Shown: positions 47,134 through 61,669, counted from the first letter of the stretch. The stretch: DNA of 64,000 nucleotides from the human T2T-CHM13v2.0 reference genome, Homo sapiens (GCF_009914755.1 NC_060925.1); one strand, 5' to 3'. Numbers and translations: made by a program. Notes: generated by a model from the sequence alone, not told the origin.

Positions 47134-48496
47134 GTTTTTTTAAAAAAGCCAAAACGTGGTTGGCAATCCCAGCTGTGGAGGCTCCTGACAGCAGCCAGCC
47201 CTTTTGTGGGGCTTCAGTGGCCTCATCAGTGGGGCCCCATCTGTCCCAGGAGGCCTGCTCACCTCGGCTTCCCAGCTGGCTGCGACAGGACCTGTCTGTA
47301 GGGTTCCAACACTTCACCCAGCGGCAGGAGCTGTGGCAGGAAAGGCCCAACTCAACGCGACACATTTTTTGCAAACCAGCTTCCTGGCTTCTCAGACTCG
47401 TTTTTGTCTTGGGGGTCGGGAGTGATGACTTAAGAGCTATAATCATCCAAGGATAGACATCACTGTCATATCCCAGGTGACTTTTAAAAATGCTTTGAAG
47501 CATACATCTCCAATGCCTTTACCCACAGGAGTGGCCTTGCAATATTAAAATTGGTTCAACGCTGTGTTACTCCTCAGTCAGAGGCCTTTGCCATGAGAGC
47601 CTGTGGCCAAGGAGAAATGACAAATGAGTGGTTCTTTCTAGCTTGTTCACAGAGAGACGCCTTGAACTTCACCCACATAACCCCTCCATACTAGTGTCTG
47701 CAGCTGTCAGTGTGGTGACAGAGGCTATCTCGCACTCTATGATACTGTCACTGTCAGCTGGGCCACCTGGGTGGGGAGCCTCAGCCAGATACCCCCAGCA
47801 TATTGAAACCATAGAAGCTGGAGCTGGAATGACCTTTGAAGACCTAAACACCTCACTTTACAGCTGAGAGGAGAGAAGGCTAAAATACAACTCCCGGACT
47901 CAGTGCCCAGGTGCCACGGTGTCCTTGCCCACACTGCCCAGGGCTAGGGTAGCAATCTCATGACAATAAGCTCCAAAAGTTACTGGGAACTGAGGGGCTT
48001 CACAAATCTTTTCAGCATATAGTCTCTTAGGGTCTGGCCTCTTTGCCATAACACAATGGGATTCAGCCTAGAATGAAAACATCCAAGAATACAGAAGGCT
48101 GGGTCAGCTCATGACTGCAGTGGCAAAATGCATTCCCCTACAGCCCCTTTCCGCTGTACACCAAGGGCTTCTCAGTTGAAAAGGAGAGGAGAGGTAACAG
48201 ACATTCAGTCTATTTAGAAATGAGGCTGGCAAAAAAGGAGGTGACAAGTTACTCTGGTTCAGTTGATGAACCTTCTTTTCACCTGAGCCTTCTTTTCACC
48301 TCCCTGACATCAGAGAATGAAAACAAAGACATCATACAGAAAAGTGTGGCCATTAAAAGGATCACACCCTTTACACTAATGTGCCAGCAAGCTCCTCACA
48401 AACCACAGACTTCCAGATATTCTTAGCTGAAAGGCACCTGCCTCTAGGGACCTCCAGTGAGGGGCAGGATGGTCACAAAGTGAGAACACCAAGTCC

Positions 48497-48637
48497 TTTT
48501 TTTTTTTTTTTTTTTTTTTTTTGTAGAGACGGGATTTCGTCATGTCACCCAGGCTGGTCTTGAACTCCTGGACTCAAGCAATCCGCCCACCCCTCCCAAA
48601 ATGCTGGGATTACAGACATGAGCCACCATGCCCGGCC
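48497..48637 (-). mobile_element. Alu monomer
   Basis: TSD tgagaacac(c/t)aagtc. Confidence 0.9.
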
Positions 48638-49119
48638 TGAGAACACTAAGTCTTATGTCTGTCTTCAGCTCTTCAAAGCCCCAAAGCACTTGCACCATTG
48701 TGTAGTTTTGCAGTGGTCCCAGTACTGGTTCCTGCAGTAAGTACGCTTAATACTAAAATGCACAGGGCATTTGGTCCTGGAGGAAAATAGCACGTACATG
48801 CAGCTCGTTCATTTACCAACAGGCTGTTCACTGGCTTTGGACGCCTCCAATGAAGAGGTCACCAAGCTTTCCGTCATAGAGGAGCAGCAGCATTCAGGGA
48901 AAGGATGGCGGATCGCAAAACACTCCCCTTGGTGACAGGCTGAAATGCAGAAGGACCAGTATAGAACGCTCCTCAAGCTTTTAGAACTGAGCGTATTTTA
49001 AGGTCAGAATCACAACCAAGACAAAAGAATGCAACTCTTTTCATGTCGTATACCTTTGGTAAATTAAGAGCAACTGGTAAAATAAATACAAATCTCATTT
49101 GAATTAAGTATTTCATGTT

Positions 49120-49125
49120 TTTATT
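49120..49125 (-). terminator. Distal poly(A) signal AATAAA of ENAH
   Basis: tttatt on + strand; U-rich downstream element on - strand (GATTTGTATTTATTTT); coincides with the shift in base composition. Confidence 0.7.
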
Positions 49126-50426
49126 TCAAAAGAAAAAAGGATACCAAGAAGCAGAAGAATGAAGCAGTTAAAACCAGCAAAGCTGCAAAGTAGGAAAGAA
49201 AGCTGAGGGAGAGATTGATCCGATTTCAACGATGTGGCCACTTAATGCAAACACAGGGGTCTGATGCTGCAAACCTAAGTCACATGAGTCCAGTGACTTC
49301 AGCAGGTCCACTGATCCACCACAGTGACAGGGCCAGGCCCCTTCCTGCTGAATCCTAACTTTACACATTCTAGACACATGTCATGCACATACAGGTTACA
49401 CTTTATGGTTACATGAAATTGCATGCAATTCACACAGAGAATCATTTTGAAGGCACTGTATTTTGCAGCAGGAGCTGCTACTTTCTGGCAAGTCCTTCCT
49501 AGGTTGGCTCACAAGTGGTCCTCCTTTTTATTTATTCCTATATGAAACTTTGGTCCAAAAATCAGGTGCAGTCTGATCCTACCCTCCCAGCTGTTTTAGT
49601 TTCATGTCTCACCTTCTCTTCCACGTTCCCTTCTTAAACGTAGATGTCAAGCTTAGAAGATGTTTCCTGACAATGAGATCCTGTTTAATTCAGATTTTCA
49701 AACAACTTGAGTCAAGCAAGCAGGAGCTTATAGTATGTTGATTTAAAACAAGTTGTTACCAGTTTCCCTTACCCTTGAATTCGGCAAGGCCCATTAATTC
49801 ACAAATTCCATGATAAGATACATGAGGTTCTGTATGCATAGTAAATGATTTCTAGTTACAATTAAAATACAGCCTTGTATATGTTTAAGTCAACCTTAAC
49901 TTTTAAAACATGACTTCAGTATACGCAACCTTAGGCTCACTTCCAGATTATAAAGTCCCATTCATGGGGTGCAAATGTTTACATTGTTAGCAAAGAAAAT
50001 AGCTCTGCATAATCTTTTGACATACGTGCACACTTCTAGTTCTAAAATTCAGAGCAAAGCAAGATGACAAGAGATTCCAATTCCAGCATATATTATGAAA
50101 GGTTATGGACTGTGACTATCCATCCTTTTGGACCATAAGAAATTCACTTTTAAATTTTTTCTACTGTGCTGTTCTACTATATACTTTTGGTCTATCAACT
50201 TGGTAGGCCTGAAAAAAAAAAGTATTTAACCTTCTAAATCTCATAATAGAAATTATGTACGTTGTTCTTTAACCAGAAAGGTTCACTGCTGACTCCCCCA
50301 CCTCTCAAAAAACAAACAAACAAACAAACACCACCAAAGCTTTCCGCCATTCATGCACATGCTTATTCTGACCCCAACCCCATCCCTACAAAGGGGCAGC
50401 AGACAGCACAATAGTCAAGGACAAGG

Positions 50427-50586
50427 TTTTTATTTATTTATTTATTTATTATTTATTTATTTATTTTTTAAGGAGACAGGCCTCGCTATGTTGCCCAGGC
50501 TGGCCTCCAACTTTGGGCTCAAGTGATCCTTCTGCCTCAGCCCCCCGAGTCGCTGTGCCTAGGAGCACGCACCACCACACCTGGCT
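50427..50586 (-). mobile_element. Alu monomer in ENAH UTR (sense in the mRNA)
   Basis: (TTTA)n head plus FLAM-like consensus. Confidence 0.85.
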
Positions 50587-51931
50587 TAAGTAGAAGGTTC
50601 TGAAATCTGCCAGAGGCTGAGCAACAGAAAGCTTCCAATGAGAACTCAGAAGGCATTCACTCTGCCTGAAGTTGTGCTCTGCTCACAGCACGAGTGTGGC
50701 TGTCCCTCTCTCGCTCCCACCAGCTACATAATAGGGACTTTCAGGATGCTCCTATAAATACAGACTCCAGAGAGGTTTCCTCAAAAATTAAAAAAAAAAT
50801 TCTATGCAAATATGTAAGTACTGTCATTGAGGATTACAGAAATACTTTGCATCAACTACAGATGTCTCAAAATAGAATTCTTTCTAGCTCATTCAGTTTT
50901 GTTAGAAACACTTCATGTTCTCCAAAAAAGAAAAGCACCTAACGAAAAGCATGTCCTATTCATGCTAGCAAGAAATGAATCCCAAAGGACACGCACCAAG
51001 AACCAAAGTAAAAGAATGTCAGCAAAACAGGACCCATCTTTTATCATCCCAAACTGCTATTTCCATCTCTGACTTTCTGCCAAATTATCTTTATCTTCCT
51101 AAGACGAAGCAAAGACTCAGAGCCCTCAAATGGCACGGAAGCGGCACCTGGTCTGCCAAGACATTGCTGTTAAACAGAGTCTTTTGGATTAAAACCAGGG
51201 AACTCGGAAGGAATGACTACATGGATATAGATGGATAAGATGGAAGATATAAAATAAGAAGGGCAGGAGGGTAAGATTATTCCTTTTTTCCTTTCAAGGC
51301 TGACAGTGATAGAATAAACAGCAGCACAGCAGGTTCAGATGATATGAAAACCACTGAATTCTGCCCAGGAATTGAAAGAAGGGCTTCTTCACTTCATCGA
51401 GCTCTGGAAAGTCTGTTTACTTAGAAACAGCTCTTGAACTACAAGAGTCAAATGGACCTTCTGCTATTCATATAATTGGAGCATGGATCTCGTGTGGTCC
51501 CATTACATGATTGGAATCAGTCTTTCTGAACGGCAGAATGTGCTTCCAGGTTGAAGCACAATGGAGAATGTACTGAAGCCACCACAGAGATGCTGGTAAT
51601 TCAAACTGTGAAAGCACGTGGCGCAGAGGAAACTGACACAGAACAGCACACCACTGGTGCTTTATGCAACACCACTGACCCCAAGATGGTCACTCCATTG
51701 ATTTTTCCGCATTGTTTACATCCAGGATGCATGCTGTCCAGTGCAATAGCGTCTATGACTATAAAACAACTAAAAGCTGCACTTAAGATGGGAGAGCCAA
51801 ACTCAGATCTTTTTTCTCCTTCTCTTCAAAGATCAAAAGAAGAATAAACCAAAAAAGATTAAAAAAAAAGAATAAACCAACCAGTAGCTGCCGAGAATAC
51901 AGTGAAAGAGGAAATTCAGAACTCAACTTTA

Positions 51932-52253
<322 letters not shown>

Positions 52254-52601
52254 CTATCCTTGCTTGTATAGTGGCAAGGAAAAAATAAAAACAAAACAAA
52301 AAGAATTTAAAAAAAGAACTCAACTTTAGAGGTAGAAGGCTCAGAGAGAATGACTGACTAGCCCCACAGCCTGAAAACTGGTAAAGTCAGTCCCAGTCCA
52401 ATGACCTGCCCACAACTCCACACACAAAAAAGGACAGACTGAGAGAGACTGAGGGCGGGAGGAACACAGAGAAAGGGAAATCAAGTCCAACAAGGTGGCA
52501 AAGACATGGACTCAATAACAATTTTTACCATGTTTTCTTTCAGAAACAAGGACATTTTATGTGAGGATCAAATATTCTCCCTTCAAAAACTTCTGCAATT
52601 G

Positions 52602-52845
52602 AAGGCCGAGGCGGGCAGATCACCTGAGCTCAGGAGTTCAAGACCAGCCTGGGCAACATGGTGAAACCCCATCTCTACTAAAAATACAAAAATTAGTCGG
52701 GCATGGTGGCACGCGCCTGTAGTCCCAGCTACTTGGGAGGCTGAGGCAGGAAAATCCCTTTGAACCCAGGGGGGGGAAGTTGCAGTGAGCCGAGATCGCA
52801 CCACTGCACTCCAACCTGAGTGACAGAGCAACACTCCGTCAAAAA
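52602..52845 (+). mobile_element. 5'-truncated AluS in ENAH UTR (antisense in the mRNA)
   Basis: TSD tgcaattgaa. Confidence 0.92.
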
Positions 52846-53409
52846 TTTTTTTTTGCAATTGAAACTTAAAATGATCAAGCCCAAAGTACCTCTGGGAAGG
52901 ACACCAAATTGTAAAGTCCTGACTCAGGCCTGAACCTCCCATCCCTCTAGTAATAAAGAAGAAAGGAAATGCTACCTAGATTTTAACAGGGCTTTCTTCT
53001 CAATATCTAAGCCTTCCCAATTACTTTCCTCAGATAAACTATAAGCTATTCTTCTCCTGGAAATTTAAGTGGCAAAGTCAACGTCTTTTACCAACCATCC
53101 ATGGGCTGTTGCTGAGTTGCGGAACTAGCCTACAGCTAACTCAAATTCATCACCTCAGACTCACTGTGATGCCCAACCACTGGCACTGGGGTGGCCTCAT
53201 GACTTACGACAATCAAATGGGGTTTGTGAATCCATGGTTAAGCTAGCCTGCCACCAAGGATGGACAAACCTCAGACTTGATCAATGGGTGGAGGGAAACT
53301 CCATATTTAAAATGCCCAGTGCCTCGGTCAGCAGAACCAACCAAGTGACACCTGAGATCAACTGGTAGTAATAATGAAAAGCTGGTATTTCTCACATAAA
53401 ACACGTTGA

Positions 53410-53712
<303 letters not shown>

Positions 53713-54353
53713 TGAAACATTTATTTTTAAAATGCCTTTAATCTTTAAAAAAAAAAAATAAAAGAAAAAGAAAAAAAGAAAAGAGGTTTCACAGATGTGA
53801 CTAAAGCATGGACTGTTAGGCGCTTAAGAGACCAAATTTTTAAAAGCGTTCTGTAATGTATCTCTCTTATATGGTTGCAACAATGTGTATTTTAAGTGTA
53901 AGCCAAGAACCTTTTCTCTCAGTTTCTATAGACTTGGATGGAAACTTTTGGACTTGATGGGAAAATTAACTCTCAATCTAAACACTAGCCAATGTAGACT
54001 TTTTCTTCTGAGTGCTTTTTCCTATGGAATTCAAAGTACCAACTATTCAATTCTCGATTTTCTAAGCCTTCTTAGAAGAATAACTATTTACTAAAACCCA
54101 ACCAAACCAACCTATAACATCATCCATCTCCTTTATTAGTTATTTCTTTATGCTTTTAGAATTGTCATCTACTGCTGAAGAAATCTTTCTTGGAATTGAA
54201 GGGAACAGTTAAATCAGATTTACATGATAAACTATGGGTTGTCATTTGTATATAGAACTTTTACGGAATAAATGTAGTCTAACAAACTGGGCTCTCTAAT
54301 GAAATATGTAAGCTTTTCTAATAATTTCTATGAAAAGCTATATTCTCTTAGAA

Positions 54354-54609
54354 TTTTTTTTTTTTTTTTTTAGAGACAGGTTCTCGCTCTGTCACCCAGG
54401 CTGGAGTACAGTGGCATGATAACGGCTCACTGCAGCCGCGTCCTCCCTGGGCTCAGGTGATCCTCCCGCTTCAGTCTCCTGAGTAGCTGGGATTACAGGT
54501 GTGCACCACCATGCCTGGCCTAAATTTTTAAATTTTTTTGTAGAAATGAGTCTCCCTGTTACCCAGGCTGATCTCAAAACTTCTGGCCTCAAGCAATCCT
54601 CCCGCCTCT
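54354..54609 (-). mobile_element. AluJ in ENAH UTR (sense in the mRNA)
   Basis: T-run head, diverged dimer, 5' truncated. Confidence 0.9.
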
Positions 54610-57108
54610 GACCAGTTTACCGAGCTATTTAGATGTCCTAACTACTAGGAATTATATGTCTTTAAAAACTGAGGAAAAAGAACAGCACTACTCAAATGGT
54701 ATATTCTTTTTACTCTCAGCCACCAACTGGGGCCCCTAATTTTCTCCCTCTGCCTAGAATTCCTGTGTCCTACACCAGAAGCGTCTACGGGCCCTGCTCT
54801 CTGCTCTTTATGAGTATTTAACATGCTTCACAGAACGGGGGTGCAGCTCAGTGACTGTGATTCTTTGGTTCAAACACTTAATTGGGGCTTCATCTTTGAT
54901 TTTTTCTGCATGTTAATCTGCAAATACTCAAGGCCTACTATGTGCTTTAAATGATACTAACACTTCCGTTTAGAAGGTTGTGTGCATCACAGAGTATCTG
55001 TAACGGGGACAGTCCTATTTCCCTTTCTCAATTTTCAGATGTATCGATTCCTTCAGATTTCAACAGAAATAACCAATAAATGTGGCAGACATTCTTACAA
55101 CATCCTAAGTCATTATGACAGTCATTTATTTATCCTTTTACAATGTTTCTGTTACTTTATAAAGAAAACTATTTAGAAAGACAAATTTAGTTAATTCTTT
55201 AGCAGTTGTCAAATGTGTCTCCTCACCAAAAGATTTTACTCTTATGTGACTTGACCATTAGTATTCCACAAATAATTTATCCTAGAACTCCATTTATTTA
55301 TGTTGATGGTGAGTATCTGTAACCATCCTAAATTTACTGCATTAATATTTTACTTTTCTTTCTAATCAATTTTAGGTTTTAATTTGAAGGTTTCATCTTT
55401 CCAGTATTGATATTTTAAAAAATCTTGATGTCTCAAAAATTATCGAGAGATAACATAAAGGGGAACACACCAAATAATCCACAGCTTTTGATGTTGGGAA
55501 CAGAAAAACCTGCATCACAGACCTCCAACAGTTCTTGGCTTCTATAAACGGCCTTTCTTGAGGGGTTACTGACTTCAGCTGCTTAGTCAAATCTACAAAT
55601 CCTCAAAAGAAAACTCTTCTTTAAGTAATTGTCCTCTACTATGTCTTTACATAGCCAAAGCTACCTACATCAATTTCATTCCTTCAGAGTCATGGAGATT
55701 CCTTATAAATACCTGTATGTCAAGTTTTGACTTTAAAAATATTAAATGGCTTTTAGTGAAAAGGCAGAGGTATTAAACATCAGTAATTTCAATATACTAG
55801 GATCCTTTTCTCATTCCTTAGAGCTTTGGAGAGATGTACAGATATGAACTCATCTTTCTATTAAAAACAAAAGTGGTGCTACCAGAAAAAGGTTTGGAGT
55901 TTGGAAGTGAATGAGAGTAAATGTCTTCAGGAAAGTGAATTTTATGATAGCTACATAAAGGAATTAAGAGCTCCTGCAGAGTTCCTTTGCGATGTTTGCT
56001 TTATATAGTTACTTTTACGCTGCTTATAATCGGTAGAATTTAAAGGGTAATGGTGTTATAAAATTATAATGGCCACACAGGAATTAAAGAGACCTTGTAG
56101 CATACCTTTGCACACTGTGCTTCATAGGGTAATACTACTTAGAATTAAAAGGCCAATTCTTCACAATGGCACTGAAAGTATATATAAATTTACAAGAGAC
56201 ATAAAAGTTGTAGCTAGGTAAATTTAAAAGATTATCATGTTACTTAACTCATTTTTGAATGACAAGTGACTTTTAATTTGTAGACAAAAATACTGACTTA
56301 CATATGAAGAGAAGCAAGAACATGAGACAGGCTAGAGCAAAAAAAAAAAAAAAAAAAAAAAAACAGCTGAAAATTTTACAACTGTAACTCTGTAATGGCT
56401 GCAAATGTTAATGAATATTGGGAACACGCGGTCCACGAGAAGTGGAGAGGAGAATGGAGGGGGGAAGGGGAAAATTTGGGTCTGGTCAAAGAAAAAATAC
56501 AAGGATTGTATTTTTGTATTTCTAATGAAGACATCAGAATTATAAAATGGAACTCAAAATTAATACTTTATAATAGAGAAAAAGTACTACTGCTTATATG
56601 TAGGTTTTAAGAAATCAGCATCATGTATAAACACTATACATATTTTGCTATACTTAAAATTCATTACTCAATAATGCCCTTTACCACACAATGTCCTTTA
56701 CCATGCAAACTACATAAAGGATAATTCTAACTGCATGAATGAGTTTTAAGTATCTGAACGTGTTGCAGAACAAAATGGAATAAAAATTAAACACTTAATC
56801 ATCATCTTGACTATAAGAGGAAGTTACTGTGTCAAGGTGGGCAGAGAGAAAATAAGAAGAGGGAACACCCAACAGTTATTTCAAACAAAAAGTAGACACA
56901 TCATCACATATTTCTTTTGTATACATTACTTAGTATTCACGACTTCTATGAAATCTGTAAAGAATAGTGACGTGACATGTAAACTTTTAAGTAGTAAAGT
57001 CTTGGACTTTAAAAGGTGTTTTTCACATCCAATATAACTTACTTTAAAACAAATTATTTCAGAAGATTATCTAAGTGTCACAAACAAGCAACATATATAT
57101 ACTGCAAT

Positions 57109-57114
57109 TTTATT
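57109..57114 (-). terminator. Candidate proximal poly(A) signal AATAAA (~3 kb UTR isoform)
   Basis: AATAAA followed on - strand about 17 nt later by GU-rich GTTGCTTGTTTGTGAC. Confidence 0.6.
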
Positions 57115-60057
57115 TCAATCGCACAAACGAAGTTAGCATGTAGGAAACTTAAATGAAACAAATTTAAACGAAATAGTTACGGTAAAAATAGCAGAAAACT
57201 GAAAATTCTAAAAAGGAAGTACACCTAAAAGCATGAGAATTCAACATTCATTAGTGTTTCATCTTCAGTTTTGATTGACACTTGATGCTTGCAAATTTTT
57301 AAACAAACTTTTAAATCATGATGACTATTCTGAAGAGATTTCAGCACCAGCACTAAGATTTGTACATTCAGTTTGTTTGCAATTGACTTGTGAGCCATTT
57401 ACATAGTGGATAGTACAGACTTGTCACAGGTCAGATCACAGTGTTGAGGAAAGCAGTGCCTTCCTGTCATTAGAAAGGATCCCCTAAACTGTACTCAGCT
57501 TAAGACATCCAACGTACAAGAGCACAAAAACCATCATAATAATGTGGTTCCAAGGAACGTGGTTTTGATAAGGTAAATAACTTAGGCTTCTGTTTCCCAT
57601 TTTAATTACTGAAATCTCTAATAATGACACAACTGTCATGTATGATAGCAAATGTATATAATAATTCATTCAGACTTCTTGGAAAGAACATTTAGCAATC
57701 TGGGATGATGGGAAATATAGCATGATTCAACACTGGTTTTTTTTTTTTTTTTTTTTTTTTGTCAGTTTACACATACATCATGTTAATATTAGACCAAGGC
57801 ACAAAACGTTTAGTGCATAAACCCAGTTTCTTTTAAGATTTAGCATTTTATTTTAGTCTCTTATCTTAGTTTGGACCACTTGTACCCAGTACTCTACCTA
57901 CTACAGACTATTTAACTTACCCAACAAAATCAAAAGAGGTTGCTGACCAGATTTATAGGGGACATAACTGTTTATATTATCAAAGTGTTTGCATAACCAA
58001 AAGTACAATAATAAAGATGAAAATGCCTCCTATTTCTTTTAGAAAATAATACTTAATAAGCTTGCTGCATCTTTGATGTTTTTACTACTACTGCATGACA
58101 ATGAATATCTGATAGAAAAAAGAAATGTATACTTGAATTATGATAGCTCATCCATCACAGTTTAATCTAAAAATGAAATTTCTACAGAAACAGGAACTAT
58201 TTTGACAAAGAAAAAAAAAATCCCTCATCCAAACTTCTTTGTAGTGGTAAAGGCTGCAAATTTGCAGCGTTTAGAAAACTACACTATCAACAAGCTTTGC
58301 TTTATGGACTGAGATGTACAAAATCTAGAAAGCAGATGAAAGTGAATTATTTCAAAGTTTTAGTAAAACTTCTGATAATCAGAGTTCAAAGCAAATATGG
58401 CACATAACAACTCAAGCATAAATCAAGATGGAGAGCCTGGAGAGTTTCTTAAATTTTCCAAAAAGCTATCATTCCAACATGTAGGATTTCTCCCCTATTT
58501 TAACCTTACCAGTTTCAAAGGAAAGAAAAGGGAGTGGCTTCCATATAGACAGCACGTGCGCGAGAGCACACACACGCAGAGTGGCAGGCAGAGTGTCTAA
58601 TTCCTTCTTCCCACCTTCCTTCTTCCCACCACCCAAGTCTCACTTTACTTATTAAAAGAAAACTGCAGAACTCCTCATTGGTTTTCCTTTACCTAATGAT
58701 TTCTGTGACCTTAATTGCTGCCATCATTGTTATTTCTTGCATTTCAACATAACAAAATTCAAAAGCAGCTTCATTCAGGAACACGTATCTAAACACCTGT
58801 GTAACAGCGGGGGTACCTAGGTAATAATAACTGCCAAATTCAGTGATCAAACTTTTGAGTTCCACAGTTAAGATATTATGTGAAGCTCAGAATCATGTTT
58901 CAGACCATTGAAATTACTGGTTAAAATACAAATAGCTGAAGACATGATGTAAAAGATTAAGTACTTGGTTTTGTAACATATTTACCAATTAAAGTCACAA
59001 AATATTTCTCATTATTTATTCATGCAGGTAACTGAGAAAAAGATAGTGCAGAAATCAACTTTAAATAAAAAATTATTCCTCCCCTTCCTCCCACTCCCCT
59101 ATACTCTACAAAATGTTTTCCCTGGGACTAGGCCTTGAAAAGGCCACTACATATTAGTGTGACATGCATTACTGTCTGCAATTAAAAAAGCTAACCTTGT
59201 GGTGATTGTAATTACATTATAAAAATGTCCACATGCATAAATCTAAAAAAGGTTGAAAACCTACAGTAAATCTACAATATAGTGTTTACATTTGACCACT
59301 GGTTTGTGTTATGTAGAAGTCATAGATTTGGTAAAGCATTGTAACAATTTAGGAAGGCATCTAAATCTTTAAGTTCTGGACAAATTTTATGTTTTAATCT
59401 ACAAAATTGCATGAAGGCTAACTCGAGAAACTTCCTATCATTCTAAAATTTCTCAAGCTGAAGAAACATTTTTCGGACACTTTCTTATAAATATTACCCT
59501 TTGAAAGCACTTACAATTCCATTTGTTCCACATATTATGATCTTAACTTACATAGGGCTGATCTCAATTATTCATGGAATATCAAACATGATAGGAAGAA
59601 CAAACCTGAGAGAAACATTACAATACAATAGCAAACTTGCTCAATTCTTTACCAGCACTCTCTGCAAAAAAACTTCCTAAGCCTTTCTCCTCTTTATTTT
59701 AGCAATGTATTGTGGAAAATGTGCGACTTTATCTTGATATGAAAATATTTCAATGCGTGGTGATCTTGCCTGATGGGTTTTAGTATTTTCTGCATAACTG
59801 TTACAGGAACTCTTAAATGATTCTCTTCCATTCTGTTGTAAAGGCCAGAAAAAAGCAGCAAACGGAGAGGGAAAGAGCTTATCACCAGAGTCATAATGTC
59901 TGAAGGCTTTCAGAGTAGGTTGGTTTTTCCCTCCTTCTGTTTGTCTCCATTTTCTTCTTACAGCTCATAAATGTAGGGGTTTGCTGTTGTGAACAGTTGT
60001 TGTTTGTAGGATATTTTTCCTCCAGATTAAAGTCCTATCTCTCCTTAGTCTGTTCCT

Positions 60058-60095
60058 CTATGCAGTATTTGACTTGCTCAGTTCCTGCCTGATTG
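60058..60095 (-). CDS. ENAH: ENAH terminal exon, coding part, (A)IRQELSKSNTA*
   Basis: ttccatccag|CAATCAGGCAGGAACTGAGCAAGTCAAATACTGCATAG; phase-1 junction G|CA gives Ala; TAG stop at 60058-60060. Confidence 0.97.
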
Positions 60096-60626
60096 CTGGA
60101 TGGAAAAGAACAAGTATTGAAAATAAATATAATGATAAAGTAAGATAAATGAGTGATTCATTCCTAAGAAACTTTAAGGATTGTGCTCAAACTCACAGTA
60201 ATAAGATTAACTTTGCATCTTTCATTGCACACATCTTTAATATTAGAAAGATGATACTAATTTCTATATATTTATTTTCTCCTTTTGTATACAAAATGAA
60301 AACACTGATTATGTGGGCTCAAAAACAAGAGGACACTGGGATAGGTGAGTAGAGGTAACCTAGAGAAAGATCTGTTCATGTGGTTTTCCATCTAAGAAAA
60401 GACAACACCTGAAACTTAGGGATATTGTTTAATCCCTATTTATAAAAATAATTTCCATTATATGAAGGAGAAACCTCCTCCCCAAAACCCTAATCCTAAA
60501 AGGGCAGGACTATGGAAGTCATTGCCCTCAACTAATCAGCTGGGTATTTCCTTATTTGCATTTTCTTAAAAATGGTCAATCTTAAACATTGTTTTATAGG
60601 AATAGTAAATTTGTCCAGACACTTAC

Positions 60627-60684
60627 CATCAATGAGCTCTTCTTTTAGCTTTGTTAATTCTTTTCTCATTTCATCTAAAATGTC
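60627..60684 (-). CDS. ENAH: ENAH penultimate coding exon, DILDEMRKELTKLKEELID
   Basis: ttttag|GACATTTTAGATGAAATG...ATTGATG|gtaagt; 58 bp; Ena/VASP tetramerisation coiled coil. Confidence 0.97.
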
Positions 60685-61237
60685 CTAAAATATTAGAGAA
60701 AAATACCAGAAATACAGAACAAAATTACCACTAAAGAGATTCTTACTCATAAAATTTTAAGAATGTCATGAAATATGATGTGTAGTTTTTTTTGTTTCCA
60801 GAGCCACAATTCTATTTCTTGGAAGACTAGCCTTGGTGAATTTTGTTTTAATATTCTGCCCTTCCCAATCCTGGCTTATTCTAGCCTAGCAATATGTGAA
60901 ATAGAATGCTTCCTAAAATTAAGATAATTACTCTGTCATCCAGTGAAACGTATGAGTCAGATAGTTTCTAGAAATGATAACAGCTGTGCTTTTAATCTAG
61001 TCCTCTGGGAACAGTCTGAGAGGTGATGCAAAGGAAGTTTAGAGGAGGAAGATATTACAGTAAACTGAAAAACTGGCTCTTGGCAAATCTGTCCTTTTGT
61101 CTGAAGTATGTATGGAGATTTCTCAGGAATCACCATAGCTGCCAAACCATATTTCAAGGAGTCTAGGATTTCCCTGAAGGGACCTCAGGGATTGCCCTAA
61201 TGGGTAGGCAGGAAGGTGGATGAGGCCCTGGTTGACC

Positions 61238-61635
61238 CATGCTGTCCAATACGGCAGGCACGAATCATATGCAGCTGCTGAGCCCCTGAAATGAGGCTAA
61301 TCTGAAATGAGATGTGCTGTGAAGTGCAAAACACACACCAGATTCCAAAGATTTAGTATGATGAAAATAATGTAAAATAACTCGTTAGTAATTTATAAAA
61401 ATTGACTACATATTAAAACATACTTTAAATAATTAAGTTTTAAAATTAATGTCCTTTTGTTTTGTATTTTTAAAATGCAGCTACAGCCAGGCACGGTGGC
61501 TCACGCCACTGCACTCCAGCCTCGGCGACAAAGCGAGACTCTGTCTCAAAAAAAAAATAAATAAATAAATAATGCAGCTACTAGAAAAATTTTAAAATAT
61601 ATACGTAGCCCACATTATACTTCTATTTAACTGTG
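61238..61635. mobile_element. MER33-like hAT DNA transposon in an ENAH intron
   Basis: gctgtccaata...gagatgtgctgt...acacaccagatt...cacattatacttctatt. Confidence 0.75.
61485..61570 (+). mobile_element. Internally deleted mini-Alu
   Basis: Alu 5' end fused to 3' end and tail; TSD aatgcagctac. Confidence 0.9.
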
Positions 61636-61669
61636 GTGCTCTGGGCCCTCCTTCAAGAACTGCAGATTT

